NCBI RefSeq assembly: GCF_963921235.1
Contig: NC_086097.1
Location: 82,958,001-83,022,000, forward strand
DNA length: 64,000 nt
Source of the DNA: Mobula hypostoma
Taxonomy: Eukaryota
Reading direction: 5' to 3'
Made by a program: the position numbers and the translations under genes. The notes beneath the pieces are model-generated. The model was not told where the DNA came from. It was given only the letters and a program-made list of their open reading frames with translations, and made no database searches. Below are positions 1-12,937 of this stretch, piece after piece (the first letter of the stretch is position 1; the number at the start of each line of letters is the position of its first letter).

Positions 1-830
1 GTTCCATTTCTGACCCAACTCTAAGAATGTGTCCTGAGTTTCCCAGTTGCTGGTCAGAAGTTTTAGGGCACTTGTCTTCCCTTTGCCTGCAAAAGTGCTT
101 AGTGCCATATCCTGTATATGCGTGCAACTCAGTGAGGGCCCTACAAACCTCTATGCTAACAGTGGCAGCAACCTTCCTGATGGTTGTACGAGCCTTGTAC
201 GGGTTCTAGTGCCACACTCCTGAAACAATGGGGCCTCAATCTTGTCACAAAATGCTAAAGACATGATAAAGACATCTGTGTCTTCTGAGCAGATCACGAC
301 ATTTGTTTACCATCAAGGACTCCATTGATGGACCCCTCTGCGACAATTCCAGCCTCTATGCATATGTCCTTTAGACCAGCATCCAAAAATCGCTTTTCTA
401 GGATGGGTAAGGCCTATAGTGTGGAATGTCCCCATCCAGAGAAAAATGTTGGAGAAGTGTTCTTTGTGCTTCCAGGCAATTTCAGTGGCTTTTGCATCGA
501 GTGCTTGATCCATGACTACCACAATTGTTTCTAGATGAAGTTCCTTCCTGATTAGCTCTGTTTGGTTCAGGATTTCAAATACTGTGGTCAACTCTGTGAC
601 TGGTGAATTGATGGAGACACCAAGCAGTATTGTTCTCTTCAAGTTGGGAGTAGGACAGCCCATGCCCAAGCCTGTTCAGTGTTTGGATGAGCTCAGTGTC
701 ACCCGTCAGTGTTTTTACTGCATTAAGAAGTAGAGGGTGCTTTGGTGGTTTATGTTGACCACATATCACAGCATATATTATTGCAGCTACCACTACAGCA
801 ATGCTATCACATTTTCTAGCACTAGGGGTG
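1..830 (-). mobile_element. Academ (AcademX-type) DNA transposon remnant, internally deleted and frameshifted
   Basis: Minus-strand translations: PPKH..LLNAVKTLTGDTELIQTLNRLGHGLSYSQLEE; IVVVMDQALDAKATEIAWKH..IFLWMGTFH; KRFLDAGLKDICIEAGIVAEGSINGVLDGK. These run straight into XPG/FEN1-like VVICSEDTDVFI (~265-300) and ALTELHAYTG..FAGKGK (~75-140). Confidence 0.7.
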
Positions 831-849
831 TATACCTTGCCAAAAAAAA

Positions 850-2300
850 AAAAATCACTATAGAATTATTCCCCCCAGATGGTACTGGTGGTCCAAATTT
901 GGGGTCCTGGCTCATGGACTAATGCAGACAAGTTCAGTGGGGCAGGACAAACAGAAACAATGGGTCTACCTGGACAAGCAGGTTTGTGGAACTTGGGTAT
1001 GACATAGAAACAGGAGACGTAGAGTGCGGGAGCCATGAGATTGGTGGCAGTGGATGGGAGATCACCAGAGCTAATAAGGTTGGTGATGGTGTGGGAAACA
1101 ATAGCCTGCTGTTCCTTAGTGGGGTCCTGTTCAAGGGGCAAGTAAAAGGTGGTGTCTGAGAGTTGCCACCTAGCCTCAGCAAGGTAGAGGTCAGTGTGCC
1201 AGACTACTACAGCACCCCCTTATCTGCGGGTTTGGTGGTGAGGTTAGGATTAGTGCTGAGGGAGTGGAGAGCAGACCATTTGGAAGGGGTGAGGTTGGAA
1301 TAGGAGAGAGGAGTGTTGAAGTCTAGATGGTTGAAGTCCTGTCAGCAGTCGGCAATGAAAAAGTCCAGAGCAGGCAGAAGACTGGGGGGTGGGCGTTGTG
1401 AGGCGGTTTGTCTAGGAAGAGGAGGAGAATTGAAGACAGGAGGAAGAATCACTGGTGCAGTGTGGAGATTTCTTGCTAAGAAGCAGGCTTGGAGAAGAGC
1501 TCAGTGTCATGGCGGGTGCAGAACTTGCTGAGGTGTGGATGCAGGGGGGAACAAAGATGAGGCCTTAACTGAGGACAGACCTGGCACAAAAGAGAGCTGG
1601 GATCAAGGTTGTGGGGGGAAGGAGCTGGTAGTGTCTGAGGAGAAGGGAAGTTTGGGGTGTTCAGGGAAGGTGGGGTGAGAGGAAGATGGAATCTTCAAGG
1701 GCCCAAGAGCTGATGGTGAGCATTGAGAGAGATGGAATTGTGGAGTAGTGGTGGAGGAAGATGAGACGCATGTGAAGACCCAGCCTGGAGGTCAAGGCCG
1801 GAGCAATTGCCACTTTGGAGATGTCCAAGGTCATTGGAACCTGCAACTTATATCTTTGGAGTCTGATCTTTGAATCTGCTTGGGATCATTACAGCCATTG
1901 AGCTCGGTAGCATGGGTCATGGTCTGGAGACATCCGGGCCTACCGGTGTTGGAGTCAGCAGATTCTGTGGACTGTAGATGGGCGACCTTTCAATCCTTGC
2001 ATGATGTGAGAAAGTCAAAGAACTGAAACGGTGGATCCAGCGGAGAGTAAAGTGGCAGACAGGCAGCAGAATGAGAATCCCAGTGGCAGTGAGAGAATCC
2101 TGGAGTTGTGGACGTGACTAGGATAGGGGCATCAAGTATCTCCTCATGGTGGAAAATGTGGTGCGTAGAACGTGGTGGGAGAAGTAGTCAATTAAATGTG
2201 AGTACCAAGAGTCCTCAAAGGGTCCAAATCAAGAAGCTTGAAAATGAATCTGGAAACTGTATGGTGCAAGCTGAAGGAGAGGACATGCTCCCAGGAAGGA
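850..2300 (-). mobile_element. Penelope-like element (PLE), N-terminal/RT region, degenerate
   Basis: Minus strand: TKPADKGGAVVVW (~1195-1235), LEQDPT..IVSHTITNLISSGDLP, FYVIPKFHKPACPGRPIVS (ORF 866-1141), and an SVLS.GL motif near 1560-1580. The upstream boundary is uncertain. Confidence 0.8.
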
Positions 2301-2779
2301 TACATGGCTGTGGTAGTAGGTCTGGGTAAGCGCATGGTCAAAGGGTTGGAGAGCAGCCAGGATCACAGAGGGGGAGCAATGAGATTTTATTAGTTTGTTA
2401 TATTTTAATTGTGTTCAATTAAAGCTGGGTTGACAATTAAATTAGTTCAGCGTTGAGCTCATGTAGAGCCTTGGTAAAATGGTTAGAAAAGTTCTCTGCC
2501 AAATAATGTGTCAAAGGGCATATTCTTGGACCCAGTATTTCCAAGGCTGTTTAATCAATTGCTCAGCCATATTTCTCATGAATGTAGTTTCATATGATTT
2601 TTTAAAATGATAGACAGGCATCCAGCTAACAACTTGGAAATTATATTATTATTTAACTAGATATTTGTGTATAAATCACTTGAAAGAAAGTGGTGTGTTA
2701 TGATACAGGCCCATGGGTGAACAAAGAGTATTTCTGAATGATTTTTTATAGAAATTAATTATGAAGTCCCTTAGATGTG

Positions 2780-3653
2780 CTTTCAGTGGCCACTTTATTA
2801 GGTGCAGCTGTATCCCCTGCAAATATCTAATCAGCCAATAACATGGCAGCAGCTCAGTGCATAAAAGCATGCAGACATGGTCAAGAGGTTCAGTTAGATT
2901 AGATTAGATTAGATTAGATTCAATTTTATTGTCATTGTGCTGAGTACAGATACAAAGCCAATGAAATGCAATTAGCATCTGACCAGAAGTGCAAAAGAAT
3001 AGTAGTATTTACAAAATAACTGAATAAAAAGTAACTGCTACAGCATACAAATATAAAAGTACTGAGACAGTCCAATATGGGTGCAATACTGCTTAGCACT
3101 GTGATGTGAGGTTCAGCAGGGTCACAGCCTCAGGGAGGAAGCTCTTCCTGCGCCTGCTGGTGCAGGAGTGGAGGCTCCTGTAGCACCTACCGGATGGGAG
3201 AGTTATTGTCAGACCAAACATCAGAATGGGGAATAAATATGATCCAATTGACTTCGACCATGGAATGATTCTTGATGCCACACCAGTTGGGTTGAATATC
3301 TCAGAAACTGCTGATCTTCTGGGAATTTATTTTATTTTAAAAAACACCCAACAGTCTTAAGTCTACAGAGAAAGGTGAAAAAAAAAACAAACAAAAAAAC
3401 CATCCAGTGAATATGACAGTTCCTTGGGCAAAAACACCTTGTTAATGAGAGGTGTCAGAGGAGACAGGCAGATTGGTTCATGACGACAGGAAAGTGACAG
3501 CAACTCAAATAACCGTGTGTCACAACAGTGATGTGCAGAAAAGGATCTCCAAATACACAACACGTCGAACTTTGAAGTGGACGAGCTACAGCAGCAGAAG
3601 ACCATGAACACGCGTTCAGTGGCCACTTTATTAAGAACAGATGATACCTAATG
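2780..3653 (+). mobile_element. Non-autonomous Tc1-like DNA transposon (TIR plus N-terminal HTH transposase remnant)
   Basis: TIR-type motif TTCAGTGGCCACTTTATTA at ~2782 and ~3615. Decayed frames read MG..YD..DFDHGMI, ISETADLLG, KATVTQIT-like and TTRRTLKW.SYSSRRP. Split by a LINE tail at 2897-3200. Confidence 0.8.
2897..3200 (-). mobile_element. Rex1/Babar-like LINE 3' end with (TCTAA)n tail
   Basis: (TTAGA)n at ~2894-2920 next to TTTATT (AATAAA on minus). C-terminal LPSGRCYRSL..TSRRRKSFLPEAVTLLN. AGTTA duplicated at 2892-2896 and 3201-3205. Confidence 0.8.
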
Positions 3654-4169
3654 TTTGATGGAACATTCATGAGAATGCATATCCTTCTTGTGACTATTAT
3701 AATATTGACTTTCCTCCCCTAAATTGCATTACCTCTGAGAGAAGAAGGCCTTTAGTCAAACAAGCTGATGTCACCATATGTATCACAAGATAGATCACTC
3801 ACTATGCAGGTAATACCAAATGATTAGACAACATTAGTCATTCACCAAGTTCAAGATAAATCAAACTATTATTTATACAGTAATGGAATATTATGTGTTC
3901 GTAGAGTCAGCTAATGACTGTGATTTGCTTTAAGATTATAACATCCATCTTTATTCATCCTGTCATTGTTTATCCTCCCAAAGATTTAACTACTCCAATA
4001 TAGTATCTAATATTTTCAATGAGATGTTATATCAGAGATTTCTGTCTCCATGAAAATATATATATTAATAAAATAATTATCAATAAGCAGCATTTATGTA
4101 TTTCTGTAGGAAAACTGATTCAGCTGTCAATCAGTCAGATCCTCAAGTCTTTTTGTAATTCAACACAGG

Positions 4170-4425
4170 AGTGTAGTGGTTAGCACAATGTTTTACTACC
4201 AGTGACCAGTGTTCAATTTTTGCCACTGCCTGCAAGGAGTTCTCTCTGTGACTGTGTGAGCTTCCTCGAGGTACTCTGGTCTCCTCACACAGTCCAAAGA
4301 CATATTGGATGGTAGGTTAATTTGTCATTGTAAATTGTCCCGTGATTAGGGGAGGGTAAAATCGGGGACTGCTGGGTGTCATGGCTCAAAGGGGTGGAAC
4401 AGCCTATTCCACTCTGTATCGCTAT
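4170..4425 (+). mobile_element. V-SINE (HE1-like), degenerate
   Basis: tRNA-like head GTGTAGTGGTTAGCAC..GTTCAATT, V-domain-like CTTCCTCGAGGTACTCTGGTCTCCTCACACAGTCCAAAGAC, then TAAATTGTCCC and a LINE-like tail. Confidence 0.7.
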
Positions 4426-6999
4426 CAAAAAGAATAATCAGAATTTTAATCAAATATTTCATTTTTATTCATATCTTTAACAAATAGATTATCTCAATCT
4501 TAATTTTTTTTAAATTTACAGCTCAACATCTTTTAATGTCACACAAAACTGACTAGTTCTAATTTTGCGTTTTTTTCCAACCAGAGGAAACACATTTCCA
4601 CCATCTCCCTCTAATTACCTGAATTAGCTCATCTCATAATGTATCATTTAGTGCACTCTAACCAAGGCCAGAGATTCAGCCCAATACTGACTACAGCTTT
4701 ATGTAATACGAGATTATTTCAGCCACCTTGTGGCAAGGCCAACAAGTCTGTTAGCCTTTTTACTTCTTTGATCTGGCCTGAAATAATATCAGATAGGAAA
4801 CTGGGCACCAGCACCTTAAATGTACAGAATAGGTTGACTATTTGCGAAGAATAGATTTGTTCCTGCACACCTTTCAGAACTGAAGGTTGAAGGTGTTCCT
4901 TGTTAGGAACTAATTAGTCTTTATATGAAAACCACAGGAACAAATTGATGCAATTTTTGACTGATTTAAAAAAAGTGTTTTAACATTTTCACCGCTTTCA
5001 AAAAAAAAATCAAAAAAGTTGAATCGGTAGAAAATACTTCAAACAGATTGATAAAGCAAAGGAGTGAACCAGTGATCTGTTATCTGTTGAGGATATTTCA
5101 GTTAGAATAAATTTTTATTAACCGGAAATTTTATCTTGTTACTTTCCTCAAGCCCTCAACATTCCTGCTAAATGTTAAAACATTTGTCCCTACGTATGCA
5201 TTCCAGGGCAAAGTGAATCCCTATTTAAATAGCTTCTTTGCAGGAAATTGTTTGAATAGTTAGGGAATGTTGCCAATTCTTTGAAACAAGCAAAACTTTA
5301 TTGGATTTCTGTCATTTAAACTCAGCATCCATGTGGAATTGAAACTCAATGTATGCCTCCAAAAACTGTTTGGAGAGTCTTGCCCTCGCTATGTGACATC
5401 CAGCCAGATGGTGGATGGCTTGAAGCAGAAAAGCTCAGTTGCACAGCTAATACTGCCAAGCAATTTTCAATGACAGTCACAGCTCAAAATGACACAAGAT
5501 CTAGCTCTCACTTTTTTGGTTTCTCCTTGTAACTAACTGTGCTCTAGTAGTGTGGCTGAGACTACGCAAGCAAAATGGAAAATCCCACAACCCAAGAGTG
5601 TGCAAAACAAACGTGAATGATTCAAGGAAACAATAAAGTTATGCAGAATATTTGCGGAAATTTTAAGGACTAAATTTTGTTTACCCCTTAGTATTTTACT
5701 TTTCTTAATACAAAATTATACTTTACTTAGAAGTCCGTAAGGGGCACCGTGCAGCCAGTTTTCATATTAAGCAAACCATTTAGAACTATATATCTAATGC
5801 TCTTTCGTAAGAACAACATGGGTGTAATTTTAATCAATCTGTACCTTAGCAAGCCTCTTTGAAGAGATCCAGTTCCATATGTTGCTGTTAAAGTTCCATC
5901 CCTTTAAAATCTCTTGTAAAAATGTTGCTTTGAAGCCTACACCAGAATCATATTCTGCCAGCCTCTTGGGCAAAAGGAATTTCATTTCTGAACGCTAAAT
6001 TTTTCTGATTGCTCTTTGTTGCAGCAACATATTTAAAGCACTGAATGTAAACAGCCCTATGGTAAGCAAAATGTTCCCTTTATCTCAGCATTTCAAAGTA
6101 AAGGCCATTAAAGGAATATGCCTCTAATTGGCAGTAAAGGATGTTGTTAAGCTCCCTAAATATGTACCATTACTAACAGCTGGTTTGCGTTAGGTGATAA
6201 GGCTGTAAAAACCTGCCCATTAAGTTCCATGAAACCAGCGGCCAGGTTTTATAGTCAAAATAATGGTGAGGTTAATGGGGCACAGTGGTACAGCAACTTC
6301 AGGTGAGAGGCACGCATCGAATAAAAGGCCAATATCAGAAAGTTGCTGTCTGAATTGCAATCCCAATTACCTGCATGTAAATAGTATCTTCCTATCAATT
6401 TTACCACTAAAATTCACGGTTTGTAGTTATTGAGTTTGTATTATAGATGTGAACTAAGCCTGCTATGGATTTCGCACTTTGTCAAGTCTGATCATCCGAC
6501 TGTACTTCTGCCCCTAGCATGTAGCCAGAGATTGAGGACTGCAGTGGTATGAATAAGGACAGTCAAGGATTAGTCAAGGGAGGGAGAGGAGCACTTACAG
6601 CACTGCTTTGAATCAGTGGACTGGACCGCATTCAGGGCTTCGAATCTCAAATAAATATGCCACAGCCATTTGACTTCATCAAGATGTGTGGATGCAAGGG
6701 TGCCTTTTCATTGTCCATGTGTGACCTACGGAAGGCCATCATGAGAACAAAAAGGCAAATCTGTCTGAAATTAATGACAGAGTCAGATGCACACAGCTGT
6801 ATCTCCTTCCTTCACTTTCTGGGTGGGAGAGGTCAGATATAAGGGAGATGCTGTTGTCAAGAGTTCTATAAGTGTCATGGATTTGCAGTGAAAGGCAACC
6901 TCCATCCCTTGTGCATGTACATATAGGAAAAGACTAAAGAGTAAGGTACCAAAGATGAGGATGACAACGAGGTGGTCATGGGAGCAGAGGGGTGGCTAT

Positions 7000-9450
7000 G
7001 GGATTTCTTTGAGTCAGTGGACTGCTATGTTTAAAAGACTCATCTGGGGACCAGAATAGTAGTCATGGACTTTATAAAGTCAGTCATGGATGAGTGCGGC
7101 CCCACAAAATCATTCAGAGATTTTCCCCAATTGGAAGCACTGGATGAACCAAGAGACTCACGTTCTGCTGAAGGCTAGATAGGTAGTGCTCAGGTCTTGT
7201 GATCCAGTGAAGTTGAAGAGGTCCAGGGATGACCTCCAAGAAGCCACCTCACATGAGAAGTGGCAATTTCAGACCAAACGTGAATCACAGAAGGATACTC
7301 GAAAGCAGTGGCAGGGCCTGAGTGTTATCACCTCCTACAAAACAAAAGAAAGCAACACGAATGACAAGAAGGGTTCATTCCCAGATGGACTCAATGCCTT
7401 TTATGCTCACTTTGACCATTAGAACTTGGAGGAACCTTCAGGAGGGTGATTCCACAGAAAGCGCCTAGCCCAGAGGGATTACCTGGCTGAGTTCTGAAGA
7501 CCAGAGTTAATCAACTGGCTGAAGTATTTACAGACATCTTCAACCTCTTGCTTTGGCAGTCTGAGGTATCCGTCTGCTTCAAGCAGGTTTCAATCACACC
7601 AGTGCTCAAGAAGAATGTGGTGACCTACTTCAATGACTATCATCCAGTAACACTTACATCCAGTGTGATGAAGTGCTTTGAGAGGTTGGTCATGAAGAAT
7701 ATCAACTCCTGGCTAAAGAGTGACCTGGATCTGTTCTGATTTGCCTACTGTCACGATGCCTTTTCATCAACTCTTTATTCAGCTCTGGAACATCTGGACA
7801 ATGAAGATGCTGCTCTTAGGCTGCTCTTCATTGACTACAGCTCAACATTCAATGCTATCATCCCTTCAAAACTAATCACTAAGCTCCAAGACCTAGGTCT
7901 CAATACCTCCCCGTACAACTGGTTCCTCAATTTCCTCACTTGCAGATCCCAGTCAGTAAGGATTAGTACCAACATCTCCTCCATGCTCACCATCAGCACA
8001 GGTGCACCATGAAGCTGTGCACATAGCCTCCTGCTCTACTCATTTTACACCTTCAATTGTGTGGCTAAGTATAGCACTAACGCCATATTTAAGTTTGCTG
8101 ATGACACCACTGTTGTTGGCCAAACCAAAGGTAGGGTCAAATTGGCAAACAGGAGGGGGATCGAAACTACAGCAATCTCTCACTCAACGTCAGCAAAACC
8201 AAAGAGCTGTTTCTTGACTATAGGAGGAAGAAGCCTTTCCTCATTAGGGGACTGGAGGTGGAGAGGGTCAGTAACTTTAAAATCGTGGGCATTATCGTAT
8301 CAGAGGATTCGTCCTGAGATCAGCAGATAAGTGCCATCACAAAGAAGGCATGCAAGCACCACTACTTCCTTATAAGTTTACATAGATTCAGCATGTCATC
8401 TAAAACGTTCTCAAACTTCTAAGGATGGAGTGTGTAGTATCCCGACCTATTGTGAAAAATGTCTACAGAAACTGATGTATACAGCCTACTCTATCACAGG
8501 CATAACTGTCCCCACCACTGAGCATATCTACAAGGAGTGCTGTCACAAGAAAGCAGCATCAATCATCCACCATCCAGGCCATGCATTCTTCTCATTAATA
8601 CCATCATGCAAGAGGTAAAGGGGCCTTAGGTCCCACAGCACCATGTTCAGAAAAAGTTATTGCTCTACAGCCATTAGGCTCCTGAACAAGCGTGGATAAC
8701 TTCACTCACCTCAACTTTGACTTCATTTCAAGGACTCAATAACTTTTGTTCTCAGTATTATTTATTTATTTATATACTCGTGGGGTGGGGGGGGGGGAAT
8801 GATAAGTTCATGGCCTAAGGTGGAAAGAGTCAATTTCAGAAAACCTAGCACATTTATTTTTCAACATAGTCCCCTTCTATGGATCTTGGACCTCCAGAAA
8901 GTGGTCCACAGTGGGGGTGATTGATAAGTTTGTGGCCTAAGGTAGAAGCGGATGATTTATACAGCTCTTGTTACATGCATGTGCAGTTCAACTCTTTGAG
9001 TGATTATGCAGAAAGTTTGAAGTTAATAACTCATCTCCTTCTACCTTAGGCCATGAACTTATCAATCACCCCGGCTGTGGACCACTTCTGGAGGTCCAAG
9101 ACGCCGACTTCTACAAAGAAGGGATCCGTATGCTCCATGACCGCTGGACTAAGGGTGTAAATGTAGGAGGGGACAAGGTTGAAAAATAAATGTGCTGGGT
9201 TTTCTAAAATTGACTCCTTGTACCTTGGGCCATGAACATATCAATCACCCCTCGTACTATATCTCTTTTTATTTGCACAATCTGTCTTCTTTATCACATT
9301 GGTTGTTCGTTAGTCTGTGTTTATGTATGTTTTTATAAATTCTGTTGTATTTCTTTACTTTACTGTAAATGCCCCCAAGTAAATGAATCTCAGGTTAGTA
9401 AATGGTGACATGTGCATACTTAGATAATAAATTTACTTTGACTTTTGAAC
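7000..9450 (+). mobile_element. Rex1/Babar-like LINE, 5'-truncated, degenerate RT and 3' UTR
   Basis: FESVD, FPNWKHWMN, ITPVLKK..NDYHPVTLTSSVMKCFERLV, LFIDYSSTFN, FKFADDTTVVG and HPGHAFFSLIPS motifs. 3' end AATAAATTTACTTTGACTTTTGA at ~9428-9450. Confidence 0.85.
8777..9254. mobile_element. Mariner-derived MITE (copy 1) inserted in the LINE 3' UTR
   Basis: Right end ..ATCAATCACCCCTCG|TA and internal repeats of GGGGTGATTGATAAGTT. Mariner C-terminus FYKEGIRMLHDRWTKGVNVGGDKVEK* at ~9109-9189. Same family as 35581-37300. Confidence 0.85.
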
Positions 9451-12400
9451 AATACAAATTACACTTCATTTCTTGGGAGCCACTTTCCAGTGAATACTGA
9501 CATTCGTGATGGTATTTATCACTACCTCCAATGTACCAGCACAAGCAGTGGCCATGAGAGGAAAGTAGGTTCAAAGGTCAGGACCTCAAACCCAGCATAA
9601 GGCTCATTGTCCATATCAGGCAGTCGTGATCACTGATCTTCCTTGCTTTGGAGATGTGGACCACCTACAGTCAACACATGAAGACACTGGAGTACTCATA
9701 GCCATTACTGCAATATTCTCCAAATCCAGAGGTGAATCTGTGCTGACCTCCAATCACAAGCCAACATCTCCAGAATCATCATTCTGTTCATGCTCCCCCA
9801 GTTCTGATGAATAGGCCATGCCAGAAAGCCAAAAGAGCCTGTGGGCTCTGTGCTCTGGCCATGAAGAGGATTATTAAGAAGACAGAGAAGGATGCTTGTA
9901 AAGTCTTTTTTTTTGGAAAATGTGCAGCATCTCCACTAATGTCTGGGAATCTCTGGCTCATGATCACTCAAAGTGGAGAAGAATGTTTTGGAATGGTGTT
10001 GAGAAACATAAGGCTATGCTTTGAAGGCACGTAGACCCCACATAAACGGCAAGAGGTATAAATCACCTTACAAAACTTCCCACCCACACCCTGCCAACAA
10101 TGCCCTCTCCATCTGTGGTAGAGTCTGCAGTTCCCATGTTGGCCTCATCAGGAATTTCAGACCCAGAGAATGAGAGAGGAGCAGCAGTGTGGTTAATGAT
10201 TAGAATTGAATACCTAAGGTGGTTGATTGCAAGGTACACAATTTTACAACATTGTAAATTACCAGAAAAATGCAGAAAAGGAGAATTGCAAAGTGTTTTC
10301 AACATTTGAGAAGGATGGAATAATGTAGTCCGAATTTGCCTTTTAATTTATAGAAATGATCCATAGATGGCAGTGTAGACCGAGGTTCAGATCTTCAAGC
10401 CACAATGACAGACAAATCAATGACTCAGGTGTGTTTAGACTTTAAAAAAACACACAGCTTGATTTTCAATCCCACTGCAATTACTTGTATTTATGTACTG
10501 TCCCCACATAAAGGAATGTCTCAGAGCCCTTTGAAAGGGGATTGATAAATACCAAGTCAGGAAAGTGGATGTTTGAGGGAAGGGTGTGAAGCCAAATGGT
10601 TTGGGAGGGAATTCCAGAGAACAAGGAACAGTGGCTGAGAGATCATCCTCTGGAGGAGCAATAGGCTAGAATCAGAGCAACTGAGCTTGTGGGCGAGGAC
10701 ACATGGCTGGAGAAGAATGTGGTCCTGGCAGATGACCAATGGGAGATTAAAGAGCTCATTTCACAGCTGAAAGAAAACAACATTTCACTCTCACTGTACC
10801 AAGCCTGAGCTCACATTGAGGAGTTAAAACCTAGGTCAAAAATGTTGGCAGAAACCAAACAGGTGGCTGAAGGAATGAGATGGTGTGGATTCTTTCACCT
10901 ATCACCTTTAGTCTGTGAGGCCTGACTCTTTCTCCTCTAACCCTGTTCCCAGATGCTAACTAGCAACTTCACTTTCCAGTCCTTTTTCAGCTGTTGACCT
11001 TACAGATCTTCAGGGACATTTCCCATCTCTTTCAAGAGTGCTTGTTGTTAACACTTTGCTTCAAATGTGGTATTGTAGCCCCCACAAACAGGGAAGACAT
11101 TAGCTTCTGTTAAATTCAGGAAATTTATGTCAAGATGGCCAGTGTTCACCCACACAAACCTACTAGAAAGGAGCCCCTTCTATGAAAAAAAAAGGCAGAA
11201 GGAATAGATTGCACCCAATGAATCAGGCTTAAAGACTTGAGACAAACTAATCACATCCCTGCAGCTCCTTCCTCACCAGTTTTAAATAGTTTATTTAATC
11301 CCTGCCTAAATCAATGAGTTGGCCAGATATCCCTCATGATATTGATTGTCTGCTTTCTGTATAATATACCCATTCCAATGGCATTTAATATCTTCTGCTC
11401 ATTATAATGCATTGAACTATAATCAATATGTAGTTTATAAAATGCAGTTATATTTGATTTTTGTTCTTGGAGGTAACTTATTTCACCTTTTCTACCTTAA
11501 CTCCATTTATGATAATGTACTAAGTTATTTTTGTTTATCTAAATGCAGCATAGTTGCAGGTACCAACAGGCCCTTGGAGGGTACCTTGCCATTTATCAGG
11601 CTGTTCTGTCAGAGGTATTCTTGTGATATGTCAAGGGACAATTAAGCTGTTAATAGTTTCGTTCTGTTTTGCAAAGCTTGGTCAGAAGAATGTTTTCAAG
11701 CCAGATGTTGTAACTCCAGGCTAAATGTGACCCCGTTTTATATGCAAAAACATCAAAATAGCCAGACTACACCTGTTGAACTTCAGCCTCAAGCTAAATG
11801 CATCAATTGTTGCTGACATGATAATGTTATTTTTCTGAGCACATTTCACATTTTGTCTGTTTTGCTGTTAGCTTCATATCTGCATTGTCATTAACATTAT
11901 TCCTTTCTTGTTCTCCAGTAGCAATGCAGAAATGCAAGGCCTTTATGACTGCTCAAGATAGTTCTGTTTTGCTAAATTTGCATTTCCTAACAATCAGCAA
12001 TCATTTGGTGCGTTCAGTGAGGCATGTCTGACATGCTGAATGAAGGGTAGTTTCAATGTTAGCATTGTAATTTGAAGGTCATGTTCAGGCATCAACACCA
12101 TCCTCATTAATTGTGCAATGGAATTCAGCATTTCAAATCCCAGATGTCCCCGGGAAAGACATCAGTTAGAAACTCTTATCAGCATGCTTCACTATCTGCA
12201 CAATGCTTTCAACTGCTAAAATAGAACAATTATGCAAGAACATTCTAGAATATGTATGATCACATTCACACGTGTCTGGAATGATCATTTTCATGGAATC
12301 TGAATTCTGAAATCTTTGTGTCAGTGTATAAGAACACATTTAAGAGGTTCTTTGCTGCTTTTTATTCAAAGTTCAAAGTGAAGTTATTATCAAAGAACGT

Positions 12401-12937
12401 ATATGTCACCATATACAACTCTGAGACTCGTTTTCTTGCGGGCATACTCAGTATATCTGAGAATGAAAATAAAATCAATGAAAGACCATGCCCAACAGAA
12501 CAGGCAAACAACCAATGTGCAAAAGACAAGATGTGCAAATACAAAATAAAAAAGAAATAATAATAATAATAAATACAGAATCAATCGATATCAAGAACAT
12601 CAGGTATGTCCTTGAAAGTGAGCCCACAAGTTGTGAGAATGGTTCAGTGACGGGACAGGTGAATATGACTGAAGTTAACCCCTTCTGGTTCAGGAGTAAT
12701 GACTGTTGAGGGGTAATAACTGTTCCTGACCCTGGCAGTGTGAGTCCTGAGGCTACTGTATCACATTTCTGATGGCAGCAGCAAGAAGGGAATATGACCT
12801 GTGTGGTGGGGGCCTCGATGATGGATGCTGATTTCCTGCGACAATGCTGCATCTATGTGCTCAATAATGGGAAGGGCTTTAGCCATGTTAGAATTGACTG
12901 TATCCACTACTTTATTGTAGGATTTTCCATTCAAGGA

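Noticed and set aside
6240..10330. Possible very old PIF/Harbinger remnants flanking the LINE (weak HARBI1-like H..KAP near 6680-6720; acidic spliced-looking pieces at 9600-10290)
   Set aside because: The resemblance is too weak to support by eye and no TIR or TSD was found; a profile-HMM search would be needed.
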